A DNA stretch of 63,867 nt, the filler included, from Basidiobolus ranarum (taxonomy: Eukaryota): NCBI GenBank assembly GCA_040143965.1. It is 4 parts of 4 records of this genome, joined end to end, with 100 filler letters (N's around TTAATTAATTAA, not from the genome) between each part and the next. Parts side by side here need not be neighbours in the genome. Positions count along the whole stretch, not along the records: positions 48,032 to 63,867 come from JASJQH010000364.1; 3 more parts are not named here. One strand, 5' to 3'. Positions 52,445 through 63,867 of this stretch are shown here, piece by piece. Both the position numbers and the translations under genes were made by a program. Each line of letters opens with the position of its first letter. The stretch's first letter is position 1. The notes under the pieces are model-generated. The model was not told the origin of the DNA, ran no database searches, and saw only the letters and a program-made list of their open reading frames with translations.

Positions 52445-54349
52445 ATGTCTTCGGATTCAGCTTTCATCGGCCCAAAATATCCCATTAACTATGAGAGAAG
52501 TTTGGATTTGTTGAAACAGCTTGAGGTACCAGCTTGTTTCTTGCGAGATACTGAAGGTAAAATCTACATATAAATATAGTCATAAAATGTAACTTCAATG
52601 GTAATGTGATCATATTTTCCTTGACAAAATCTGAGCGTGATCTGCACAAAGAAGTTATACGTTTAAAATATCACGTTCTCAAGAATCTTTGCTTTTCTAT
52701 TATATTCTCCTATTAGAAGACACTCCATCTGAATCCAAAGATTTTCTTGAAAGTGTTGTACTTGTAATGAAAGAATTGTCAGAAATCTTTACAACGGAGG
52801 TATTTTTCTGACGAATAACATTTATATTGTCACACGATTAGCGAAAAGCTAAGCGATTTAAATGATAGCCTGAGAATGCTTTGAATGAAAGTTTACTGGA
52901 TCGAGTAATTTTCACCAGCTCAAAGTATTTAAGAGATGTTAAATGGAGCTCTGAATATATAAGAGATTTGGCAGCAGGTAAACTACATAAAGTATCACTT
53001 TTGAACTTCAACTTTTCACCAAACTCTCGAAAATCCGATAGAACTATTAGCCCAGTTAAGTCAAATATTGCACCTTTCAGTCGCAGAGATGGTAGATTTA
53101 CGCCTGGAAGCAATCCTCCAGCAGCAAATAAAACCATTGTTTAAAAGGCATCCGGGATTAGAGAAAAATTTTAGAAAGCATCGTGGAAAGAAAACAGTGG
53201 ATCAAGAGTTTTACGAAAACCAAGCTTGGAAGTCGGACTGCATTGGGGCTGTCACTGGATTCAAATGGTGTTTACAGATGACAACGGTAAGTTCGATATA
53301 CGTACTAAAGCGATTCTCATCTGCTTAAATACTTCCGTTATTTCCATAGAGCTCTACAATCTCCCATTGTCAAGAACTGATCGTTCCTCCGTTGCTCACT
53401 CTCGTAGATGATTTCGATATTCGATACAAAACGATTGGCGTTGAAATACTCGACCTAGCATTGAGCAGTATTGATATTTCAAAACTACGCAAGCTAGCTC
53501 TAGACCAAGTGTTCTACGAGGTAATCGTTTTCCAATGCCATATGTCCCTATGCCTCTTGAAAGTAACCATACTCCTTAGGCGCTTACATCATGCTTGACA
53601 TATCGTAGCAATGCTACGGAAGCTGAGCTGCTATCTGTCAGTTTAAGCACCATACTACATCTAGTTAACCAAATGTACCCTCAAAATACAAAAGAGTGGT
53701 TTCTCAAAGTTGAAGAAGTCTTCCTAAATGGAATAGTTGATGGATTCAGTTTGGGAGGTGATAACATTGCCGTTCGAAGCGTTATCATTCAGAAAATCCC
53801 GTTATTTCTTAATACTATGGGGCCATTCTCCATTCAATATCTTTCAACACTGGTTAAAGAATTGACAAGGACCCTGAAGTTACCGATTCTTGACGATATT
53901 CAAGGCAAAGATATTCATTTATTAACCGCTCAGAGTATCGAAGCTCTTATCCAAATAGCATGGCCTAGGTAATCGCTTACTAACTAGAATGTGCAAGATT
54001 CCTAGGTTTAAACAAAGCTAACATGAAACAATTCTAGGCTAGATTCTTATTGCCATGATCTACTCACCGCTATACTTGTTGTGTGGGTAAACTCGCAACG
54101 TAAAGGAGGTAATCCACAAGGAATGCTGAATAATAATCATTTCTCTAATCTCGTTATTTTTAAGCCATGAACGACCTCAACCAACTACTCATACGCATTT
54201 ATATATTACTTAACACCGTATGTGGAGATAAATTACAAGTATGTTACAACCTCCTTTTTTTCTTAAAATTCAGTCCTTACATTAACGCCTCTCATTAGCA
54301 TGAACTTGGCGTACTGCGTGAGCTTGATGACCCGGTCGAGTCCAGTTAA
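52445..54349 (+). CDS. tti2: TTT complex subunit Tti2 (multi-exon)
   Basis: IKPLF..HP, FYENQAWK, FKWCL, LIVPPLLTLVDDFDIRYKTIGVEIL and LIQIAWPR motifs. Stop at 54347-54349. Confidence 0.8.
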
Positions 54350-55286
54350 TCTCACAACCTTCTGTGCTTACACGAGTCATTTATTCTTAAAAATAGAAAT
54401 TAGACAAACGTTAACAAAACTCGGTTGGCCCTATTGTTCGCGAGAAATATAAAGATTTTAGAATTCAATGAACATCATATATATATATAGATATAGATCA
54501 AGCAAATATATCCGTGTACTAGAGAACTGGTGCATTATCAAGACGGGCAAAGAATGTCGGAAATACTATTCTTGTGGATAAAGAAATTGAAATAAATGAA
54601 AGCTAACCTTAACGAAAGACCTAGTAGCTGGTCTTTAGTTGTATTTCTTTCAAGATATATCCTTACTTATAACGAGGCACAGAGTAGTAAATAATAGATT
54701 AAGAATTAACTGCAAGGCTTGAACCTGCAACATGAATCTTTCATTTACTTCGAAAGTACAATTTCAGGATTACTTTAGACCCTTTTACAACTTGAGTAGT
54801 GTAAACTTCTTTAAAAGTATCAATTAATTACGTACTCCTCACTCTAATCCGATTGGATTATTGACTCAATATTTCTGTCTAAGCAGCGATTGGTATCGTC
54901 AAGCTCAGCGCAAACATAGCTTTCAGTTCTATATCCTTTTAGTAGCGACTTTTGATGACAAAGTTATATCTTTGGTTGTTCGACGCAGATTGACCAAATA
55001 AAACTTGAACTTCTGCATTTGATAGTAAAATTTTCAATAACTTCAAAGTACCTACATTCATGATTGTGTTCTCAGAACTCAATAGTGTTAAGTTGTTGCA
55101 TTCTTAATTGATTCACATAGGCCTCCAGCTCCATCAATTTTGGAAATCCAAGTATTGTACGCATATAAATTGAATCACAAATGTGTTCAATATTATACGA
55201 ATTTCGTATACCTACTAAAATGTATAAATATTATTTGTGTGTTGATAAGCTTCAATTTACCCTAGTTGCTTCTCGTTGTGATAGTT

Positions 55287-55787
55287 ATGACCAGAAAGAA
55301 TCCAGGAATTCCTCTGAGTGAAATAGATGCTCTCTCCTCAATAGTCACTGAGGAAGGTTGCAATGCTTACGATCTCTACTGTCCTTTAGAAGATTGTCGC
55401 TGTTTAATTCTACGTAAAGGAGTTGGAAAGTTGGTAGATGCCGAAAGCGAGGTACGCTTACATCTCTACAAGAAATACCTTTCACTTTAAAGTTCTTATA
55501 AATATATATGGTTTTTTTAGCTTCCTGAACTTCCGGACTTACCACGTCTACTAAACTCTACTCAAGAAAGAAAAGAGGTATCAAGTGAATTTCAGAATAA
55601 ATACTGGTCACTCTCAGATATGATGAGTTTTGAAAATGTGGGTTTCTCCAGAACTCTATCCAACACGGGAGTGAAATATTTAATTTGCGCAGATTGCGAT
55701 GTTGGGCCCCTTGGATACCATAAATCCTTACAACAACCAAAAGATTTTCGACTGGCCATTGAAAGAGTTTGCTATAAGGAAAAATAA
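55287..55787 (+). CDS. mss4: Mss4/Dss4 (RABIF) Rab nucleotide-release factor
   Basis: N..DLYCP..DCRCLIL..GVG, then after an intron WSLSDMMSFENVGFSR and KYLICADCDVGPLGY. An extra upstream exon (~55121-55151) is possible. Confidence 0.9.
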
Positions 55788-56581
55788 TCTGACCCGAATT
55801 TAATAGCCGTAGAAATAAAATATCTCAACAATATATCCTACTTCCCTCCCCATCCTTTTCTAAAAAGCGTACTGAAATCCGTCTCTAGAGAAACTCTTTT
55901 ATGCAGCTGTACCCAGCATTATTGATAACTTGTTGAGGAGTTTACACACTAACATTAATACGATTTTCAGTGATTCGAAGGAAGGACTACCTCATTCACT
56001 TGAGAAACTCCCGCATTTACTTCTCTAGTTTGATATGAAAAGCGAATCAATGATCAATGGATTTTCTTATCAATTGAACTTAATTCATTATTCATCTTGG
56101 TATTGACTTCATTGAGTTTGATAGAGTAATACAGGTTAGAGAGGCAGTAGGTTGAGCATACCAGTTGCATCTTGACTCGATTAAAAATCTTGCTAGGCAT
56201 AAATAAACAGTTGAACCAAGTTCTTATCAAATATATTATATGCCACTGCTAAACGATGTCAAAAGGATCAAATATATATTGTTCCAAAATCTTGAACGCC
56301 TTTTCATGGCTCAAATGGAAAACAATAATCGATAATATGAGAAAAATGAGAATGCAATTCTATTGGCGAAACTTAAATCATCTGAAAATCCCCTTCTTCC
56401 CCATCTTAGAATATATATTTTGGGGTACTCAACATCTTCCCATGCCCCCCAATGGGATGGGTGCTGAAAATCCTTAATGAATTTCAACCTCACTGAGCTT
56501 TGGCTGAATTGATTTTTTGTTGCGGAGCCCCCCACATACAGAACTTTCTTCCTGCATTTAGTATTCGCACAAGACTGAACC

Positions 56582-57057
56582 ATGCCTGTCCCATACGAAG
56601 CACTCATTCCCCTCGGTATTATTTCCGGATGTTTCGGTATTACGGGTGTTCTTTTACGTATGTTGAAGGAGAGCTCTAATGATGGAAAGGTATTTGACTT
56701 TATATCAATGACATGCAGTGTTTCACTAGAAATTATGAGAACAAATTGGTTCAAATCTAGCGAGAGTTGAATGAAACACCAACACCTTTTTTCTTTATCT
56801 GATCGCTCCCCTACTTCTATAGCCCATTAGAACCCAACCTGACGCCTGGACACATCGTATGATGGAGCGTGATTTTCGACTTACCGGCTCTTACCGTGGA
56901 CAAACTGTACGTCGCATTTCTCTAAATTCCAGTCTATAGTATAACATTATTTGTGCAATATTCTAACAAGTGTTTCATATAGGATGATCCGGTTGCTCCT
57001 CCCGAGTTTGCCACCAATAGTGTTTGGAGATTAGAACCTCTTCGTCTTCGAAAGTAA
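56582..57057 (+). CDS. NDUFA1: NADH:ubiquinone oxidoreductase subunit NDUFA1 (MWFE)
   Basis: MPVPYEALIPLGII..NDGK|PIRTQPDAWTHRMMERDFRLTGSYRGQT|DDPVAPPEFATNSVW, with introns 56690-56822 and 56907-56982. Confidence 0.93.
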
Positions 57058-59895
57058 ACATATTCTGTTTATTTTTAACAAAATTTCGTACTCTATTTCT
57101 CCTTGCCCCCTCCTCTTGACCTTTCATTTTATCTACTACATGATTTAGGATGTCCAAGTAGATCACTTTATTTATCTCTTCACTGTAAACGCTGTACCAT
57201 CACCGGCTATAGTATTCTCTTGTTTCAGTAGAGCTACTGTAATTCGGTTACAAACTATCAATAAATCAAGACCTCCATATACAAGCTTAAGAACGCAAGT
57301 CGGGGGAGGAATGAAAATCACTAATTGGTATTTATTTCCAGAAAATAACTGGTTACATTTACTTGGTTAGTTGGAACCTATTTCTCACACGATCCAAAGA
57401 TATGGCTAGGGTTGGCTGTGTAGACACTTGTAGATTCTCTTTTTAAGCGTGACGGTCTGTTAGAGTTGACGTTTCTTTATACTTCTCAATATGGTCACCA
57501 GTTGGCGATTATACCTCAACTGCTTCGCAATGAGATCTTAGTTGATTAGCTGCTTTTTTGAGTATATATGGGTTCCGGTCCGGGTTTGTTTGAGTGTGAT
57601 TAACTTTTTGTGTCCCTGGCGAATGTACCTCCAAACACCACTGTATACAGGAGAAACTGGGTGACACTGGGACCTACTCTAATCAAATTCCCTTGGTTTA
57701 GTTGATGATAATTTGCTCGGACACACCAAGCGTATGTCCATTTATGTTGAAGTGTGCAAGCTAGCCAATACTAACTGGTATGTAAGTAGTTCTAACTCCA
57801 ATGGAAGTTTGGGATCTGATAATATTTCCCTCTTCCAGTGATCAGTTGAATTCCACATGTTGGAATCTGTAATCTGGCACGATGGTTCAACTGAGTGTTA
57901 GCAGCAATAATGGCTATTTAAATACCAATACACAGAGGTGACATTGCAGTATAATATATACTGGGATTGAAATGAACCTTTAAACATATCATTGAATCTT
58001 CGAAGGGTAGAAGACTAAAAGTTGAGCATCACAATTAGCTATGCTATGAGTTCAGCCAATACATTATGCATTAAAGCTTAGTAATCTTTTACCTTTAGTG
58101 CAGTTACAAAAGTATGTTATTATCTTTATGGGTTGGATCTACAACTGTAAACTACTGGATACCTTCCATCACCAACATTATGTAAGTACTCATTACTACA
58201 TGGTGCTATCCCCTCTAAAATCACAAAGAAATCCTAGAAATGGTGGCTAATGTTAGTTTCAACATCACCAGGTCGCAGTTATATTTTAGGTTTGCAGTTG
58301 GTTAGTATTGATAGTACCATAGTAAATATCATTTCATTGCATTTGAATGAGTATACGGATGTTACTATGTTATTTGTGATTCATATCTTAATTTATAAGC
58401 CCTAGAAGATTTAGTTTGATGTTATAACAATATCTCAAGTTCTGAGAATATGAAACCAGTAGAGAAGACTGTCAAATTCTCAGTCATGCTATGTACAGCT
58501 CGCTTTGTATCAATTAGAAGGCCCCAACCAGCGCTGAGAAGCTGCATCCGTGATACTCCCAAAGTCTCATTCTGAAGGCGAAATTACATGGTGATGACAA
58601 ATTGATTTGGATTGTCACATTAAAGTATTTTGCCTGCTATCACTTTAGCAGCGTTCTAGTATTCCTAATTTTGGAAATAAGACGAGTAGGCTAATCATAA
58701 AAAGCTCGATTTCTATCTCCCCACTACACATAATCAGGAAGTGAACATATACAGATGCATAGACTATGCATGAATGGCAATGCACCTATTAACATGAAAA
58801 AGTAGCTACTCTTTAATAAATTCAAATCAATCAATAAATAGGATTGCTACTGATGTCAATGGATGGGTTTGAGAAAATTATCTCTTCATCTATCAATGAG
58901 CATCAGAGAGCTTTCTCACCAAATAGCTATCAGTAATATTATTGAATTCATTCACAAAAGTATCTTATAATCTATCAATCCAGACTGCCGATGGACCTGG
59001 TGAGTCTTTCAGTAAATTCGCTCACAGACTTCACTGCTAATGAGTTCTTCTAGTAATTACTTTGAGTTTCTGCCTTGGCAAGGCCCTTGGGCTAGAGATT
59101 AAAACATGTATCTTCGGACACAAATATAACTGGCATCCCTGGTGAAAAGCTACTGTATTCAGTTATCGACTGATGCCGTTCGCTTCAAGAATATGCTCTT
59201 GTTTGCTCTTATTGGCACGTTGAAATATTCGGTGGGTAGGTCAAGATATAAAAATATTCCGAAGATATAGATTGTAGGTGCCCATAGATATGGGGAGAAA
59301 CCTTTGAAATATGGATTAGCCCAAATTGGAATGAGGTAATTGATTAATGTAATTCATAAATGGACTTCCAAACATGTCAACATTTACCATACGCTAAGTT
59401 AAAATTCACTGTATATTATAAAATATAGCTCTATAAATGGTATAGAATTAAGCATAGGTTTGTTTCTGACCAAATTGCCTAATAAGATTTCCATGAACTG
59501 CATAGCAGACAATTTCAATGGTTTGTAGGTCTAGTACATCAAACTACCAAATAGTAACTCAAGTTTCTTTTGGCATCAAAGTTCATTCACTTAAATGTTC
59601 ATACGCATGTACATCTAGTTTGGGATAGTCTGACGATGACTCTCCGACTATGATTGGGCTAGTATGGTGAAATTGATGCAGAAAATAAGATCTCGTAACA
59701 CTGCCTATCATGGTTCTCGTTGTAGCCTAGAGCAACGGATAGCAAGTAGCCTTGGAAATTTACTTCCACCCAGGCCCTTGGTCATTGATTAGTAATGCCT
59801 GCACAATTCGTGACAACTAAAGCCTGAAAATCCACATATAAAAACCAACCGTTTTTTAGTTGGAAGATTAAAAGCTTCCATCAGATTGAATTATC

Positions 59896-60904
59896 ATGAA
59901 ACTGCTCATCACTGCCCTTCCCGCTCTGGCTTTGTTGGTGTCTTGCGCTCAAGCTCATAATGCCCGCTTGAAAATTTATCATCATAGCGCATCGGAGAGT
60001 GCCATGTTTAGTGTCTCTAGCTTGATTGTTGGAAACAAGGAGGCCATGGTAGTAGATGCTCCGTTTACAAATTCAGCAGCACTTAGTCTGATTGAATTCA
60101 TCAAAAACACTACAAATGTACCTGTCACCAAAATATTCGCTACCCATGAGCATCCAGATCACTATTTTGGAGGAACTGAGTTGTTGAGGGCTTTCCCTCA
60201 CGCCTCTATGTTTGCTACTCCATCAGTTGTGAAGCGGATCCAAAAAACTGTACAATCGAAAGGTTAGTTTCACAGATTCAGCTCCATTCACCTTTAATGA
60301 CATTAACCCAACTTTACCTAGTTGGAGAATGGAGGCCTGTATATGGACCAACAGAAATCCCAGAGCACCCTGACATTCCCAAACCTTTCACCAGTGGCAC
60401 CATTAAGCTCAGGGGGAATGAGAAAGAGTTCATTCACCTCTTGAAGCCTCTGCAAGGAGATGTTGATGATATTGCTGTGGTATGGATTCCATCTCAAAAG
60501 ACTTTAATCACTGGAGATTTGGTTTATTCCAAGAACCAGCATGTATGGTTAGCAGAATCCAGAGACAAAAAAAGTAGAAAGAACTGGATAGCAAGCTTGA
60601 ACTGTAAGTTTATGGAATAACATTGGATCTAAACCTTATCTAATGCATTGAACTCAATGTAGATATTCAATCGCTAAAACCACGCAGAGTAATTGGCGGA
60701 CACGTTCCAATCGGAGCTAAGCCAATGGTTTCCGATATACAAGGTACTAAAGATTACATTGAGTATTTCAATCGTAATATCTTTGACAAAGGGTACACTG
60801 CACAACAAATTAGTGATAAGATTAGCCGTAAGTACCCAAATCGCCAGGCTCCAATCATGCTTAATGTCACCGCACAAACCTATGGCCAAGAGAAGCGTCA
60901 GTAA
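59896..60904 (+). CDS. Secreted metallo-beta-lactamase-fold hydrolase (3 exons)
   Basis: Signal peptide MKLLITALPALALLVSCAQA, then VVDAPF, THEHPDHYFG (HxHxDH), LITGDLVY, HVWLAE and VIGGH. Introns 60263-60321 and 60604-60662. TATA at ~59837. Confidence 0.9.
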
Positions 60905-61952
60905 AGTTCTACGCAATAATCCACGAGTTACCAAGAATCATTAGAAAGATGGGAATTGACTTAAAAATTTAAATAAATGAGCGGGAATTTTTAGAAACCA
61001 TCAAACCAACTAATGTTGCAAAAACTAAGGGTTAACTTTACATACAAATCAAATTTAGTGAGTCCAAAATCATCGCGGTTTTATTCGAAGAAATATCACG
61101 CTATAATCAACTCGTATAGTCAAAGCTGGATATGCAATTAGTGTTTGACGCATGAGAGTGGGCCGAGTGACCAAAATGGGTAAACACCCCTAGATTGTAT
61201 TAAAGTGGACCAACCCGAAGATACATCGCACAAGGCGCTGTGAAACAATTTTTATTATACCAAGTAACAAGCATGTTGACAACTCAGCCATATTTGGCTG
61301 TTTCAAGTCGATCGAGTAATTGAACTTCCAAATGTCTGGGTTAATTATTAGTAATCGGATAAATCCAACAAATGGAGAATTGATATCTATGTAGACTGAG
61401 TATAACACCAACAAAATTAATCATAGGCCGAGATTTTTTGAGCTGGGAAACTTTCCATTTTAAATGTGCAGTCACCTTGGTAACAGTTTGAGTTCAACAG
61501 CACTATAGTTCCGGAAGTAAACATTCGCCTTGAATTTACATGTTGAGAGAAAAAAATGGATGAAAAGAGAGCCACCTTGGGAGAGTTGGTTGTAGCTTTC
61601 AACTCAAAACGACGAATAGTGAATTTTTAACATTTAAAGCCGTCAGCCCCGGAAAAGAACCTTGAATATCGGAAGCCACCAAATTCAAAGTTTTCGACAG
61701 CTGAGACCGTTAATCCTATCGTCGGATAATTGAGCCAAGGCAATTTGAAACATAGCTGCTATAAATTTGATGTGCTTGATAATACATATTTTCTATGCAA
61801 CTAATGAGCATAATATAACTCAACCATCATTTCCCCATAGACAGACGGTTTAGTTCGAATTCTCCAGATTTCTTCAGATATATAAACTTGCTCATCATGA
61901 AATACTGAATGCTATTAGATATTTTATTAATTATATATCTAGCGAGGTTTCT

Positions 61953-62846
61953 TTAATTTAAAGGTGTATGAACGCTGAGACGTTCTTGAGCGTAAGAACC
62001 AATATTCTCATGATTCTTAACCAAATCACAAAGCTTATTCAAGCCCTTGGCATTTGCGAAAGAATCGAAACCAAATGCCTTGGTGATTTGAATCATGTTA
62101 TATGCAACTATGTCAACCAAAGAGAGTCTTGAACCAACATAGTAACCAGTACCATTTTTTTCAAGTTGAGCCTCGTGGTGCTTAAGAATGAATTCTACTG
62201 CTGCAGGGAAGTTTACTTTCCCAGTTTCCTTGGCCTCTGGAGATTTTCCAAAACGAATTTGCACTAGGGAATTAAGCATACTGAACCAACCCTCGGTGAA
62301 ACTATCGATATGAGCAGCCTCGTGTGGGTTAGAGCCCATAAGATCTATGTATAAAAAAAGGTCAATGTTTGAACATCGTCAAATAGCTACTTGGGACAGG
62401 AATTTTGGCTTACCAAACTTTTGAGCAAGGTAGCGTTCAATAGCATGACTTTCACCAAGTTCGAATTTCTACATAATCCGGAGGTCAGAGCTATGATTCA
62501 CTTGGAGTGGAATGGACAACATCAACTTACTGAACCATCTTCTTGGAATTCGGTCAAAACTGGAAGTTGTTCGAATAAAGTGGTGGCTTTCTCCTCAGCC
62601 CAGTTCTAAAATTTGATGAGATTATTATGACGCCGCAACGAGTAGATTTGCATTTTACTTACGGTAGGATGGCGTTCAGTCCAGTTGACCTAAAAAGTAA
62701 CTCGAAGTAAGTGCACTGCTTCAATAACAAATCAGTCTCATGTAAGAATCTACCTTGCCATACTGAAGAAGAAAACGAATGACTTCTCCGCGGCCGGAAA
62801 GAGAGAAGTAGAAGAGCTCGTAACTTTTGACGTTGGTGGTTGACAT
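61953..62846 (-). CDS. Glutathione S-transferase (Tyr-type, sigma-like), 5 exons
   Basis: LFYFSLSGRGEVIRFLL, FEQLPVL, GESHAIERYLAQKF and GYYVGSRLSLVDIVAY motifs. Includes a 27-nt exon (VNWTERHPT). Confidence 0.93.
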
Positions 62847-63867
62847 GGCTGATGAATTGATCTATGTTACGAAGCCTTACTTGGTTATTTATAGAGTTCG
62901 TAATGTCGGAATATGATGGAATATTTCGATTACTAATGCCCATTTGTGTGTCACAACCATACGTAAACAAGTTGTGGTCAAAGCTGATTGATTATGATAA
63001 AATTAGATATAGCTATACTCTCATGTTGTGGTTTCTACATCTGAGATTAGTTCCAATGAATTATCCAAATTGGTGGAGGTCAATATACTATTTAGGCCTT
63101 ATCGTCGTAGCCGATCCAATTAAAAACGACTAATTTATAGTTTTATTAGATATTGAAAAGATAAGGGCAAAGTTTTCACTCTGCCAAGTGTCATTGATTA
63201 CTAATGGATCAGTCTTTAATGAGTTTGGCAAACATTCTTCATCCAATTTAGTAACGGAAGCTGGGACTCTGGTCATTTTTTACTTGAAACTCAATTTCTG
63301 AGAAGTTTGATACTCAGAATATGTTACTTTGGATGCGCTGTTTATACCTAAATGGTAGATTTGATGAACAGGTTGGAGGTTAGAATTGAAAACAGGAAAG
63401 CATGTAATGATATCGTCGAGAGATGAGATACTGTAGACCAAGAAATCGTGGCCCGCTACCATTAAAATCGCGGCTTCACACTCCAATTTCCGACATCATA
63501 ATGCGATAGTTGTGGACTACTGTTGAATGTTGCCAAAATAGTATAAGCAGCTATCACTTTAAATGATATATTTCCAGTTCAGTGGTAAAGCTCCTTAAAG
63601 GAATGCCTAATCGAAATGTGTGATGATATGAGATAATACTGCGTGACGTGAGTATCATAAATATATTCATGTTATAACTTGGAATTTGGCAACAGTTGTA
63701 AACATCCCTCTCTTGGAGGTTTCTCATTGACCTTAAATGGAAACACTCGATTTGAGATGTAACTTATTGTTGAACAACCGTTGTTGATAAAATGCATCGA
63801 GATACAGCATATAGCAATATAATAAAAGCATCTGAATCCCATAACTATTATAACAAAAGTTGCGAAA

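Noticed and set aside
63200..63560. Coding-like remnant (MVDLMNRLEVRIENRKACNDIVER*DTVDQEIVARYH*)
   Set aside because: Multiple stops and no recognisable family.

Overview
Eukaryotic, AT-rich, intron-rich DNA with short GT-AG introns, consistent with an early-diverging fungus (Basidiobolus/Zoopagomycota-like; this is inference). The window is not one locus. It is four ~15.9-kb pieces (15,941, 15,912, 15,878 and 15,836 bp, in descending size) joined by identical artificial 100-nt spacers (N44-TTAATTAATTAA-N44), so gene neighbourhood across spacers is probably meaningless. About 25 genes can be built. Contig 1: Pho80/Pcl-type cyclin, DUF3712 protein, AzgA purine permease, Slx4, two unknowns. Contig 2: truncated unknown, conserved hypothetical protein, SND2/TMEM208, Dsk2 ubiquilin, DUF1365 protein, Zn2Cys6 factor. 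Contig 3: aldo-keto reductase, decayed ABCB transporter, a 10-exon two-repeat Myb factor almost invisible in the ORF track, decayed esterase, small orphan, AZUL-HECT E3 ligase, truncated Cwc22. Contig 4: CCCH protein, Pga1-like protein, Tti2, Mss4/Dss4, NDUFA1, secreted metallo-beta-lactamase-fold protein, GST. I found no CRISPR, rRNA, convincing tRNA or intact transposon, and no clearly new multi-gene system. The best leads are the secreted bacterial-type MBL-fold enzyme, an IER/SERTA-like orphan, the hidden Myb, and an ~870-bp CpG-free block. Family calls are from remembered motifs, not database searches.
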